Below, piece by piece: positions 35,675-45,323 of a stretch of DNA of 64,000 bases. Source of the stretch: Gemmatimonadota bacterium (GTDB taxonomy: Bacteria; Gemmatimonadota; Gemmatimonadetes; Gemmatimonadales; GWC2-71-9). The translations under genes were made by a program, and so were the position numbers. The stretch is taken from the NCBI GenBank assembly GCA_039588255.1, contig JBDHAF010000001.1, positions 25,488-89,487 of the forward strand, written 5' to 3'. The notes beneath the pieces are model-generated. The model did no database searches, had not been told where the DNA came from, and saw nothing but the letters and a program-made list of their open reading frames with translations. How positions within the stretch are numbered: position 1 is the stretch's first letter; every line of letters starts with the position of its first letter.

Positions 35675-38530
35675 ATGTCCCTCCGCTCTCTCGCCCGCGC
35701 CGTCTTCTTCACGAGCTTCCTCAGCATCACCGTGGTCGGTATGGCACACGCGCAAGCACTCCGCACCGCCAACGGCGGCTCATCCGGCAACGACGATCCC
35801 AAGAGACCCGTCACGCCGGCCGATTACGGCAAGTTCGAGAGCCTCGGAAGAAGCGTCCTGTCACCCCATGGGCTGTGGCTCGCGGTGGAGATCAGACGCG
35901 TCAACGAAGAGAACGAGCTCCGCATCCGACGCACGGATCGTGACTCCGTCGTGGTAGTCCCCTACGGCATCGGCGCGCGTTTCACCAACAACGCCCGCTG
36001 GCTTGCGTACCAGATCACCGTGTCACAGAAGGAGCAGGAGGCCCTGGAGAAGCAGAGCAAGCCGGTTCAGATGCGTCTCGGTATCATGAATATCGCGACA
36101 GGTGATACGACATCTGTCGAAGCAGTGAGCAGCTTTCAGTTCAGCCATGACGGCGAATACATCGCCATGGGCAGGTATCCCCCCCAAGGGGACCGCGATA
36201 GCCAGGGCAACGACTTGGTCGTGCGGACGCTGGACAGCGGCGAAGACATGAACTTCGGCAACGTGTCCCAGTACGCTTGGCAGGATGAGGGCAACCTGCT
36301 GGCGCTCGTGATCGATGCCGAGGGAGAGGCGGGCAACGGCCTGCAGGTGTTCGAGCCCGCCGAAGGCACACTGCGGTCACTCGAGTCGAAACGAGCCCGG
36401 TTCACCACTCTCACGTGGCGCGACGAGTCGGACGACCTCGCCGTCTTGAGAATCGTGGCCGACTCCGGCTACGAGGACTCGACCCACGCCGTCATTGCGT
36501 GGCGTGACCTCGAGAATCGCAATCCTCGGCGGTTCGAATTCGACCCGGCTGAGTTCGACGGTTTTCCCGAAGACACGCGCATCGTGGACTACCGCGGCCT
36601 CCGGTGGTCCGAGGACGGCCGCACCGTGTTCTTCGGCATCAAGGACCATCGCAAGAAGGTGGTGGAGGAACAGGCCGATTCGACGGAGACCGAAGGCGAG
36701 GCCGAAGAAGGCGAGGAGGAAGAGCCGGACGAGGAGGAGAAGAAATCCGAGGAAGACGAAGAGCCCGCAACCGTCGAGGTGTGGAACGCCAAGGACGTGG
36801 ACATCATCCCCGAGCAGAAGGTGTTCGCCGGGCGGGACCGCACCGAGAATTACCTCTCCGCGTGGCACCTCGATGACAGTCGATTCGTGCAGCTCGGGAA
36901 TGAGTTGACCGAGACCTCCACGCTCGTGGATGGCGAGAAGTTCGCCATCGGCATGAACCAGACGCCGTATGAGCGCGAGCGCATGTTCGGCCCGCACTAC
37001 AACGACGTGTATCGCATCGACGTGGCCAGCGGCGACCGGGAAATGCTCCACGAGCGCGTCGAGATCAACTACGGCCCCAGCAAGAGCGGTCGTTACTACC
37101 TCTATTTCGAGGACGACAACTTCTGGACCATCGACCTGGAGAGCGGCGAGCCCACCAACATCACCGAGAGCGTCCCCACGTCGTTCGTCAACGCGGACCG
37201 CGGCCTCACCGTCGAGCAGAAGCCCCCATGGGGCATGGGTGGGTGGACGGAAAACGACCGTTCGGTGTTCCTCTACGACCGGTATGACATCTGGGAGGTC
37301 CGCGCCGACGGATCGGAGGCGTCCCGTTTGACCCGAGGCGCGGAGGACAGCGTACGGTATCGCTATGCCCGCCTCGACTTCGACGAGGAGTTCATCGACA
37401 CCGACGAGCCCCTCTACTTGACGACGTACGGCGACTGGACCAAGAAATCCGGCTACGCCCGGGTGCGCCGCGGCCAGCCCCCCGAACAGCTCGTGTGGAT
37501 GGATGCAGCCGTGTCGACCGTTCGGAAAGCCGACAGCGCAGACACGTACACGTTCATGGCCCAGCGATTCGACGACTCCCCGGACTACTTCGTGGCTGGC
37601 CCCACGCTGGCCAGCCCGAGACAAGTCACCGAGACCAACCCGTTCCTCGCCGACTACGCCTGGGCGGAGTCGGAGCTCATCGAATACGAGAATGCCTGGG
37701 GCGTACCGCTCCAGGCCATCCTCCGGTATCCGGCTGACTACGAGCCCGGCAAGCAGTACCCCATGATCGTGTATATCTACGAGCGTCTGTCGCGGGGCTT
37801 GCACTCCTTCTACGTGCCGTCCGAGCGAAGTCCGTACAACGATGCGGTCTTCACGGCCGAAGGGTATTTCGTCCTGCGACCCGACATCGTGTACCGCGAC
37901 CGGGATCCCGGCGTCTCGGCCGTGGCGGCTATCGAACCCGCCGTGCAGGCGGCGATCGCGACGGGCCTAGTCGATCCCGACCGGGTCGGCCTCACGGGAC
38001 ACTCGTGGGGCGGTTACCAGACGGCGTTCACCGTCACGCAGACCGACATCTTCTCCGCCGCCGTGGCGGGTGCGCCTCTCACGAACCTCTTCAGCATGTA
38101 CCTGTCGGTGTACTGGAACAGCGGTGGCACGGACGCTCGGATCTTCGAGATCAGCCAGGGACGCATGGAGGTGCCGTTCTGGGAGGACATCGAAGCCTAT
38201 CGGCGGAATTCTCCGGTCTTCCACGTCGACAAGCTGAACACGCCGCTGCTCGTCGCCCACGGCACGGAAGACGGGGCCGTGGACTTCAACCAGGGCGTGG
38301 AGTACTACAACGCGGCACGCCGGGCCAACAAGGACTTTGTCCTGTTGGTATACAACGGAGAGAACCACGGCAACCGACAGAAGCCGAACCAGCTGGATTA
38401 TCACCGCCGCATCATTCAGTGGTTCGGTCACTATCTAAAAGGCGATCCCGCCCCGCAATGGATCAGCGAGGGCGTTTCGTACCTCGAGCAGGAAAGGGCG
38501 AAGGAGGAGAAAAAGACCAACGGACGGTAA
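35675..38530 (+). CDS. Secreted S9 family (prolyl oligopeptidase/acylaminoacyl) peptidase
   Basis: Signal peptide, beta-propeller, GHSWGG nucleophile, DGAV, ENHG; AGGAG RBS. Confidence 0.9.
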   Translation: MSLRSLARAVFFTSFLSITVVGMAHAQALRTANGGSSGNDDPKRPVTPADYGKFESLGRSVLSPHGLWLAVEIRRVNEENELRIRRTDRDSVVVVPYGIGARFTNNARWLAYQITVSQKEQEALEKQSKPVQMRLGIMNIATGDTTSVEAVSSFQFSHDGEYIAMGRYPPQGDRDSQGNDLVVRTLDSGEDMNFGNVSQYAWQDEGNLLALVIDAEGEAGNGLQVFEPAEGTLRSLESKRARFTTLTWRDESDDLAVLRIVADSGYEDSTHAVIAWRDLENRNPRRFEFDPAEFDGFPEDTRIVDYRGLRWSEDGRTVFFGIKDHRKKVVEEQADSTETEGEAEEGEEEEPDEEEKKSEEDEEPATVEVWNAKDVDIIPEQKVFAGRDRTENYLSAWHLDDSRFVQLGNELTETSTLVDGEKFAIGMNQTPYERERMFGPHYNDVYRIDVASGDREMLHERVEINYGPSKSGRYYLYFEDDNFWTIDLESGEPTNITESVPTSFVNADRGLTVEQKPPWGMGGWTENDRSVFLYDRYDIWEVRADGSEASRLTRGAEDSVRYRYARLDFDEEFIDTDEPLYLTTYGDWTKKSGYARVRRGQPPEQLVWMDAAVSTVRKADSADTYTFMAQRFDDSPDYFVAGPTLASPRQVTETNPFLADYAWAESELIEYENAWGVPLQAILRYPADYEPGKQYPMIVYIYERLSRGLHSFYVPSERSPYNDAVFTAEGYFVLRPDIVYRDRDPGVSAVAAIEPAVQAAIATGLVDPDRVGLTGHSWGGYQTAFTVTQTDIFSAAVAGAPLTNLFSMYLSVYWNSGGTDARIFEISQGRMEVPFWEDIEAYRRNSPVFHVDKLNTPLLVAHGTEDGAVDFNQGVEYYNAARRANKDFVLLVYNGENHGNRQKPNQLDYHRRIIQWFGHYLKGDPAPQWISEGVSYLEQERAKEEKKTNGR

Positions 38531-38539
38531 ACCCGGCAC

Positions 38540-38563
38540 GGGGCGGGAGTACGCTCCCGTCCC
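38540..38563 (+). terminator. GC-rich hairpin after the S9 peptidase gene (no clear U-tract)
   Basis: GGGGCGGGAG-TACG-CTCCCGTCCC. Confidence 0.4.
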
Positions 38564-38586
38564 CACCCTTCGCTCCCTGACGTCGC

Positions 38587-39480
38587 ATGGCTGACGCCGG
38601 CTACATCTACGCGCTCATCAACCCTTCCCTGGAGGGCCTGGTCAAGGTCGGCAAGACCCGGCGCGACCCGACCGACCGGGTGAAGGAACTCTCCGCCAGC
38701 ACCGCAGCACCCACCCCGTTCGTCTTGGCGTTCGACGTGTACGTGGACAATTGTTCGACCGCGGAGTCGTATCTCCACACCCTCCTCGGACGACGGGGAT
38801 ACCGGGTGTCCGAGAACCGGGAGTTCTTCAACGCACCCTTGAAAGAAGTGATCAAGGCGATGCTGGCGGTGGAGGGATCGCCTCCACCGACGAAGACAGC
38901 GCCTGACCGCGTGGTGCCGTCACCGACGACACCGGGCCCCGAGGCGGACGCCTTTCTCGAGGAAGCGCAGGCGTACTATCACGGCCAGGGCGACACCATC
39001 GAAGACAAGAAGGAGGCACTCAAGTTGTTCAAGCAGGCGTCCCGTCTCGGAGCACCCGACGCTTTCTACGCGCTGGGCATCATGTACCGGGACGGCGAGG
39101 GGTGCGAGCAGAACACGGAAGAGGCGCTGGAATACTTCAAAGCCGGTGTCGCCAAGGGGAGCGACGAATGCCACGCCGAGATGGCGCTGTTGTTCCAGCA
39201 AGAGGGCCACCACGCGAATTCCCGGAAGTGTTGGTCCAAGTACTTCCGCAGCGAGGGGTTCGCCGAGGGGCTGAGCGGGCATGAAGCGGCGTACGGGCAT
39301 GCGTACCTCGCCGACGCTTTAGAGACGGAGACACCGGTCGAGCATCAGGAGGCATTACGGCGCTATGCCAAGCAGATTATGGCGATCGTCGACGACGCGG
39401 TGAGCGAAGCGAACTCGGAGGCCAAGCCGACGCTGAAGCGGCAACGACGGCGGATCAAGAAGCATCTGAGAGGTGCGTAG
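38587..39480 (+). CDS. T5orf172/GIY-YIG-like domain fused to SEL1-like repeats
   Basis: GYIYALINPSLEGLVKVGKT..P..RVKEL, AE..LH, RV..NREFF; then ALKLFKQASRLGAPDAFYALGIMYRDGEG. Confidence 0.8.
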   Translation: MADAGYIYALINPSLEGLVKVGKTRRDPTDRVKELSASTAAPTPFVLAFDVYVDNCSTAESYLHTLLGRRGYRVSENREFFNAPLKEVIKAMLAVEGSPPPTKTAPDRVVPSPTTPGPEADAFLEEAQAYYHGQGDTIEDKKEALKLFKQASRLGAPDAFYALGIMYRDGEGCEQNTEEALEYFKAGVAKGSDECHAEMALLFQQEGHHANSRKCWSKYFRSEGFAEGLSGHEAAYGHAYLADALETETPVEHQEALRRYAKQIMAIVDDAVSEANSEAKPTLKRQRRRIKKHLRGA

Positions 39481-39523
39481 GGGCGGCGGCAGTAGCCCCC
39501 CCACCCACATGGCGCGATGCCTG

Positions 39524-40039
39524 CTACAACCCCAGCGCTGCCTTTCCGGCGATCCGGCGTCCCAGTCCCATCTGCCCCACGTGGTACGCCTCGTGAAAAA
39601 CGAGTCCCGCCAGCAGCGATCCGATCGTTTCGTCCGGGTTGTTGGTCGGGCTGAACGGTGCCTTCTGGGCGAGGGTCTCCTCGGAAACCTCCGCCAGGCC
39701 CTCGAGCAATCCATCCTGAATTCGGTTGAAATCGGCCAACAACTCCTCGAATGGTAGGGCCTGCGCTGGATCCGCGAGGGGCGGTCCGTGGCGCTGGTAC
39801 GCCTTGCCGCGGTCTTCATCCCAGATGGGCTCCTTCCCGACCAGCGCCAGCGCGTTACTTCTGGCAGACACCACGTGTCCCAAGATCCAGTTCAGGCAAT
39901 TCCCGCCCGGTTGGGGTTGGGCCACGCTCTCCGCATGAGTCACCCCCTCCAGGTTGGCGTTGGCGACCAGGTGGGTCAGGGCGACCTGCATCGCGAGCGT
40001 CTCGCCCATGGCGGTCCTGGCCTTCGTTGTCGTGCTCAT
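39524..40039 (-). CDS. DinB family metal-dependent protein
   Basis: NWILGH...FHEAYHVGQ His triad pattern. Confidence 0.85.
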   Translation of the reverse strand: MSTTTKARTAMGETLAMQVALTHLVANANLEGVTHAESVAQPQPGGNCLNWILGHVVSARSNALALVGKEPIWDEDRGKAYQRHGPPLADPAQALPFEELLADFNRIQDGLLEGLAEVSEETLAQKAPFSPTNNPDETIGSLLAGLVFHEAYHVGQMGLGRRIAGKAALGL

Positions 40040-40092
40040 ACTGCCCTCCGGGTTGCTGGCGCCGCGCGCCGATTCAGGATCTCCGTGTTCGG

Positions 40093-40189
40093 ATAATACG
40101 AAATCGGACTATATGACCTTGTACCAGATCTGTCAACATCCGGCCTGGTGTCCTACACAGGATTGCTATATGTTACGAAATCGTATTAT
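40093..40189. promoter_or_regulatory. Two MarR-type operator boxes (40093-40112, 40170-40189)
   Basis: ATAATACGAAATCGGACTAT and ATGTTACGAAATCGTATTAT; consensus palindrome ATAATACGA-NN-TCGTATTAT. Confidence 0.7.
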
Positions 40190-40216
40190 ACGACGCCTAA
40201 AGGAGAAGAGAACACA

Positions 40217-40648
40217 GTGCTGAAATTCCTCTCCCCCCTCCACAAGGCTAGCCGCCAAATCAGCCTCTACTTCGAGGAGCAGATGGCGGGGATGGAGCTG
40301 AGCCCGGTTGAGGGGCACATCCTGAGCTATCTCCGGTCGTACGCCCCCTGCCCGATCGCCGAGTTGGTGCGGGTGTTTGGCCTCAAACAGTCGACCCTCA
40401 CCAGCATGCTGGACCGCCTCGAGAAACAGGAGTTCATCGCCCGGGAGCTGAACCCTGATGACCGGCGCTCTTTCCTGGTGAAGATCACGCGCCGAGGCCA
40501 GGCCATGGCGAATCGGCTCCAGGGGACAGTGGACGACCTGGAACGCCAGTTGGGGCGTCAGGTCTCTGCCGAAGACATCGCGGGTTTCGAGCGAGTGATG
40601 GCCGCCATCGACGGACTCACTGAGGTCGAAGTGCGGCGGAAGCGGTGA
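40217..40648 (+). CDS. MarR family transcriptional regulator
   Basis: STLTSMLDRLE, NPDDRRS..TRRG winged helix; GTG after AAGGAG. Confidence 0.9.
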   Translation: MLKFLSPLHKASRQISLYFEEQMAGMELSPVEGHILSYLRSYAPCPIAELVRVFGLKQSTLTSMLDRLEKQEFIARELNPDDRRSFLVKITRRGQAMANRLQGTVDDLERQLGRQVSAEDIAGFERVMAAIDGLTEVEVRRKR

Positions 40649-40712
40649 AACACGGAGCAGGCCACCGCACGTAGGGAGTAGGACCTAGAGTCACCACCTC
40701 ACCGGAGGCACC

Positions 40713-41012
40713 ATGACTGAGCAGGACGTGGAAGAAGAAGTCCAAGCCGAAGAGGACGTGCAGAGCGAGGAACACAAGGTCAAAGGCGAGGGCCTGATCT
40801 CGAAGATCAAGGAACTGATCCACGAGGGGAACATCACCCGCATCATCATCAAGAACGACGAGGGACGTACCCTGATCGAGATCCCCTTGACCCTCGGGAT
40901 GGTAGGCATCGCACTCGCCCCGGTTCTGGCGGCGGTGGGAGCCATCGGAGCCCTGGCGGCGGATCTTACAATCGTCGTAGAGAAAGTCGGCGAGGAGAAA
41001 GCCGGCGACTAG
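40713..41012 (+). CDS. DUF4342-like small protein
   Basis: KIKELIHEGNITRIIIK...EIPLTLG pattern; GGAGG RBS. Confidence 0.75.
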   Translation: MTEQDVEEEVQAEEDVQSEEHKVKGEGLISKIKELIHEGNITRIIIKNDEGRTLIEIPLTLGMVGIALAPVLAAVGAIGALAADLTIVVEKVGEEKAGD

Positions 41013-41057
41013 CGCCGGCGTCCACGGCTACAATCAACTCAGCGACGCCGCGCCCAA

Positions 41058-41657
41058 CTACGCCGCTGCCTCACGCACCATCGCCTCGAGACACGTCCGG
41101 GGGCAGATGTTCCGCTCGATGTAGCCGAGGAGATTCGTCGCCACGCTTCTGATGCTCGCCTCGATCTGCTCGTCGGCGACGCGGCCGTCGGCATCGAAGT
41201 GGCTCTGCACGCCCGCCACCGATACCGCACCCGGAAGCACGATGGCGCCCACATGGGACGCCACGCCGCGAAGTTGCTCCAGCGCCTTGATCGCCCCGAT
41301 ACGTCCGGCCGCCACTCCCAGTAGCGCAACGGGCTTGCCTGCCAACGCCGAGGGAAAGCCCATGTTCTCGATGGCCAACTTCATGACACTGGAAAACGTG
41401 CCGTGATACTCGGGTGTGGCGAGAACAACACCGGTGGCGCCCGCGATTGCAGCCTGAAGCTTGTCGGCTCGTGCGTGCTCCCCCGGCATGCCCGGAAGCG
41501 CCAGGTTCAACTCGGCTGGATCGAGAACCTGTACGTCTGGGACATGTTGACGCTCGAGCTCGTCGACTACCAACGCGACGGCTTTGGCGGTGAAGTTTCC
41601 CGGACGCACACTACCCTTTACGATGGCAATTCGAATTCCGGATTCCGCGTCGTTCAT
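41058..41657 (-). CDS. NADPH-dependent FMN reductase
   Basis: GSVRPG, ATPEYHG, GKPVALLG, ALEQLR. Confidence 0.88.
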   Translation of the reverse strand: MNDAESGIRIAIVKGSVRPGNFTAKAVALVVDELERQHVPDVQVLDPAELNLALPGMPGEHARADKLQAAIAGATGVVLATPEYHGTFSSVMKLAIENMGFPSALAGKPVALLGVAAGRIGAIKALEQLRGVASHVGAIVLPGAVSVAGVQSHFDADGRVADEQIEASIRSVATNLLGYIERNICPRTCLEAMVREAAA

Positions 41658-42166
41658 GGAGACCTCGAGAGTTGATGGCGTGCTGACGCCTCATGCTCGG
41701 CGCGCACGGCGTCGAGCAAAGTGATGAGCTTGCGGAGATCCTCGTCGGTGAGAGCGTCCAACGCCGCCCGGTCGGCCTGCTGCACCGGATCATCGAGGCG
41801 GGTCAGCATACGGCGTCCCTCCTCTGTGATGGCACAGTAGACCACGCGCCGATCCTCGGCGCAGCGCTCCCGGATCACCAGTTGCTTCGCGATCAGTCGA
41901 TCGATCATCCTCGTGATCCCGGGCGCTTGCTCGATCATCCGATCGGCGATCTCCAGAGTGGGCAACCCTCGCTCTCCGGCTCCCCGGAGAATCCGGAGGA
42001 CGTTGTACTGCTGCGCCGTGATGCCCTCGGTTTCGATGACCCCAGCCAAATGACGGCGGACCACGTCAGCGGTCCGCATCAACCCGACGACCGTCTCCTC
42101 ACCGACGGACGTGAAGGGCTTGGACTGCTCGATCTCTCGGGCGCCTGCGCTCTCATTGATAGACAT
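41654..42166 (-). CDS. MarR family transcriptional regulator
   Basis: QQYNVLRILRG, PGITRMIDRL, DRRVV..ITEEG. Confidence 0.9.
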   Translation of the reverse strand: MSINESAGAREIEQSKPFTSVGEETVVGLMRTADVVRRHLAGVIETEGITAQQYNVLRILRGAGERGLPTLEIADRMIEQAPGITRMIDRLIAKQLVIRERCAEDRRVVYCAITEEGRRMLTRLDDPVQQADRAALDALTDEDLRKLITLLDAVRAEHEASARHQLSRSP

Positions 42167-42173
42167 GACAATT

Positions 42174-42201
42174 ATTATAATGAAAATTATTGATATGTCA
42201 A
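42174..42201 (-). promoter_or_regulatory. Consensus sigma70 promoter, probably producing a leaderless mRNA
   Basis: Minus strand TTGACA-N16-TATAAT-N7-ATG(42166); no Shine-Dalgarno. Confidence 0.75.
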
Positions 42202-42380
42202 GTATATTGAGGAGGTCTCTAAAACCAATGGCAGCAATGATTTAAAGTTTCGCGGGGATCTGACTCACATCTTCCGTGGCAATGTGACCTCGGTCGCTGC
42301 ACGTTGAGCCTCGGGGTGGTACTGTTTCCGCAGAATCCGGCCCTATTTTTTGAGCAGAGACGCGTGACGAGAGGACGGAC

Positions 42381-42929
42381 GTGAGCAAGCCGAGATCGAC
42401 CACGCCCACTGACGTGACGGACATGGATCGGGCACCCAACCGACCGGATACGGGTCCTGCCAACGCATACACGGAAGAGGATTGGGAAGAGGAGTCCTAC
42501 GCGTTGCTCGCGGAGCGAGCCGATCCCGGCCACTGCCCGAGCTGCGGTCTCACCGGCTTTTACGGTCCCCGGGCTCGGGATGACGCGCCCAAATTCCGGG
42601 AGTGCCGGTTCTGCGGGTTCTATCAGGAGATCGGACAGCAGCCAATGCGGCGCCGAGCCGTGACCCACAACTGCGATCAGTGGCCGGAGGTCGCCGGCGC
42701 AAAGTACATCTGGTGGATCGCGCCGGACGAGCGGTTCTTTGTCTGCGGGTTCTGCGGCCGGCGGTCCGCCGCCGAGACCAGCAACGTCTTCATGAAGGGA
42801 GCGGATATCGCGGCGCCTTCGGACGATCCCAATCATCCCTGGTGGCATGTGCCGCAGGACCAGTCATACTCCTTCTACTACGAGTATTGGGAGCAATGGC
42901 CCTCCACAAAAGGCCGGGTGGTGTTCTAG
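42381..42929 (+). CDS. Hypothetical Cys/His-rich (Zn-ribbon-like) protein
   Basis: CPSC, CRFC, HNC, CGFC motifs; Trp/Tyr-rich C-terminus; start uncertain. Confidence 0.7.
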   Translation: MSKPRSTTPTDVTDMDRAPNRPDTGPANAYTEEDWEEESYALLAERADPGHCPSCGLTGFYGPRARDDAPKFRECRFCGFYQEIGQQPMRRRAVTHNCDQWPEVAGAKYIWWIAPDERFFVCGFCGRRSAAETSNVFMKGADIAAPSDDPNHPWWHVPQDQSYSFYYEYWEQWPSTKGRVVF

Positions 42930-42941
42930 ATTGCATGCGCC

Positions 42942-44012
42942 ATGAGCGCATCCGGTTTTCCCGTCTTCGACGGCCACAACGACACTCTACTAAACCTCCA
43001 TGTCCCGGAACGGGGGCAGGGTCGCTCCTTCCTCGTCGAAAGCGATGTCGGACACATCGATCTGCCCCGGGCGCGGCGCGGCGGATTTGCCGGGGGGTTC
43101 TTCGCCATCTTCGTCCCGCCGGTCGAGACCTACGAGTCTGGACCTCACGGCGCCGACACGCCCCCCGGCTCGCCCCCGCTCCGGGTGCCGGGCCTCGACC
43201 CCGCATACGCCCACCAGTTCACCAAGGATGTCATCGCGAGGCTGAACCGCATCGAGCAAGAGGCCGGTGGAGCGGTGCGCGTGGTCCGCACCGTCGCCGA
43301 GATCGAGGAGTGCTTGGCCGACGATGTCCTGGCGGTGGTCCTCCACTTCGAGGGAGCCGAGGCCATCCATCCAGACCTCGGTGCACTGCAGCGGTTCTAC
43401 GAAGCCGGCCTCCGCTCGCTGGGGATCGTTTGGAGCAGACCCAATATCTACGCCCACGGCGTGCCGTTCGAGTTTCCCGGCTCCCCGGATTCCGGACCGG
43501 GCTTGACCGCCGCCGGCGTCGGGTTGATACGGGAGTGCAACCAGCTCGGCGTGCTCGTGGATCTCGCCCACATCAATGAGCGGGGATTCTGGGATACCGC
43601 CGAACATACCACCGCTCCCCTGATCGTCACTCACGGCGCCGCCCACGCGTTGTCACCATCTTCCCGCAACCTGACGGACGCCCAACTGGACGCCATCGGT
43701 GAGACCGACGGTGTCGTGGGGATCAACTTCCACGTGGGTTTTCTCCGCGAGGACGGAACCCGCAACCCGGACATGCCTCTCAGCGTGCTGGTGCGCCACG
43801 TCGGATACGCCGTGGACCGAATCGGCATCGATCACGTGGCGTTGGGGTCTGATTTCGACGGCGCGGTGATGTCCCAGTATCTAGGGGACGTGGCGGGCCT
43901 GCCGAAGCTCATCGCGGAGCTCCAGGGCGCCGGCTACGACGACGACGCGCTACGCAAGATCACTCACGAGAACTGGATCAGGGTGTTGGGAGAGACCTGG
44001 CATTCGGACTAG
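42942..44012 (+). CDS. M19 family dipeptidase
   Basis: FDGHND, GHIDLPR, VDLAH, SRNLTD, HVALGSDFDG. Confidence 0.92.
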   Translation: MSASGFPVFDGHNDTLLNLHVPERGQGRSFLVESDVGHIDLPRARRGGFAGGFFAIFVPPVETYESGPHGADTPPGSPPLRVPGLDPAYAHQFTKDVIARLNRIEQEAGGAVRVVRTVAEIEECLADDVLAVVLHFEGAEAIHPDLGALQRFYEAGLRSLGIVWSRPNIYAHGVPFEFPGSPDSGPGLTAAGVGLIRECNQLGVLVDLAHINERGFWDTAEHTTAPLIVTHGAAHALSPSSRNLTDAQLDAIGETDGVVGINFHVGFLREDGTRNPDMPLSVLVRHVGYAVDRIGIDHVALGSDFDGAVMSQYLGDVAGLPKLIAELQGAGYDDDALRKITHENWIRVLGETWHSD

Positions 44013-44599
44013 CTCGCCACTCTCCTCGGAATGAACCGGGGCACCCGCCTGCTGTAGTCCACGTACTCCTGGCCGAACCGATCCCGCAGCTCGCGCTCCT
44101 CCAAGAGTGTCATGATGTAAGTGACCGGCGTGAGCACACCCAGGACCACGTACGCCGCCAGATAATTGGTGAACAGGGCCACCGCGATCAGACCGAAGAA
44201 CACGCTCACATACCGGGGGTGACGGACGATGCCGTACACCCCACCCGTCAACAGCTTTCCCGCCTTCCGGTCGGGGGCGATCTCCGGCAGGCCCGTGAGC
44301 ACGCTGAACTTCAAGTGCTTCCGGCACTGTACCGAGATGGCCGCGGCGACCCCATACAAGAGCAATCCCACAGCCACCAAGATCGAGTTGGTACCGTACT
44401 CGACAGCCAATACCCTCTCCCGCGTCACAAACATGGCGACGCCGACTGCCACCATCATGCCCACGAGAATGGTGTAGCTGGCGGCCGGGCCCAGCTTCCG
44501 CCAAAACCCCACGAACGGGTGGACCGAGAACCAGAAGAGGATCGCGCCTGGAAACGTCACCATCACCAGGAGTGCGACGATATAGCGTGCAGTGTCCAT
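44009..44599 (-). CDS. Isoprenylcysteine carboxylmethyltransferase/PEMT family membrane methyltransferase
   Basis: TM segments, LLTGGVYGIVRHPRY, EERELRDRFGQEY..Y...VPRF. Confidence 0.88.
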   Translation of the reverse strand: MDTARYIVALLVMVTFPGAILFWFSVHPFVGFWRKLGPAASYTILVGMMVAVGVAMFVTRERVLAVEYGTNSILVAVGLLLYGVAAAISVQCRKHLKFSVLTGLPEIAPDRKAGKLLTGGVYGIVRHPRYVSVFFGLIAVALFTNYLAAYVVLGVLTPVTYIMTLLEERELRDRFGQEYVDYSRRVPRFIPRRVAS

Positions 44600-44623
44600 T
44601 TGCGGTTGAGGCCTATGGTGGGT

Positions 44624-45136
44624 TCAGGATGCGGTGAGCTCGCCGGCCACCTTGTTGAGAAGTCTCCGCAGCTCTTTTGCCCCACCCTTCCCAAGTGCAT
44701 CCTTGAACTCCGAGTGAACCTCACCGACGGCCCGCGCGACGTCCAACGCTAAACGCTGTCCCGCCTCGGTATAGGTCACCAGCTTCGCCCTTCGGTCGGT
44801 GGGATCTTGCCACAGCTCCACGTAGCGACGCTGCTCCAACTCACGGACCAGCTGTCCCATGGCTTGCTTCGTCATCCCCGCGCGGCGGGCCAACTCAGAG
44901 ATGCGCGTGCCGTCGGCATCCATATGCCGCGCGACGGCCAAGTGGGACGCGCGAACTCCCTGATGCCCCGCCCCCTCGATCTTGGCCGCCGTGCGATCGC
45001 TGAACACGCGAGCCGAGAATACCAGCAGCTCGCCGATGCTCGGCGATCGGGAGTCTCCCTGTGGCGGCTTCCTTTGCTTCTTCTTCTTCTTAGCCAACGA
45101 GACCTCTTGCCACACGTCCCATATCGAGACGCTCAA
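44624..45136 (-). CDS. MarR family transcriptional regulator (start uncertain, possibly TTG 45097)
   Basis: SELARRAGMTKQAMGQLVRELE, DPTDRRAK. Confidence 0.85.
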   Translation of the reverse strand: MSVSIWDVWQEVSLAKKKKKQRKPPQGDSRSPSIGELLVFSARVFSDRTAAKIEGAGHQGVRASHLAVARHMDADGTRISELARRAGMTKQAMGQLVRELEQRRYVELWQDPTDRRAKLVTYTEAGQRLALDVARAVGEVHSEFKDALGKGGAKELRRLLNKVAGELTAS

Positions 45137-45254
45137 CGTGAGATGGAAAACCTACCTTACGGTACCGAGGCAGGCCAGGCTCGCCATCGTCGCCAGCCGG
45201 GTGTTCGAACGGTTACGAAGGCGATTCACCGCCGTGCTGAAACTCTTCTCGCTA

Positions 45255-45283
45255 TTGACCGTATGCTGAGAGACACGTAGCTT
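45255..45283 (+). promoter_or_regulatory. sigma70-type promoter for the leader-ABC-DUF1854 transcript
   Basis: TTGACC-N17-TAGCTT. Confidence 0.6.
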
Positions 45284-45323
45284 CTAGACTCGCGACGATT
45301 TAACACGGAGTACTGTCTTAAAC

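Noticed and set aside
36660..36765. GAG/GAA-rich low-complexity stretch
   Set aside because: Encodes an acidic linker within the S9 peptidase
35077..39480. Prophage remnant (dUTPase plus T5orf172 gene)
   Set aside because: No integrase, structural or replication genes; dut is an ordinary bacterial type among host genes
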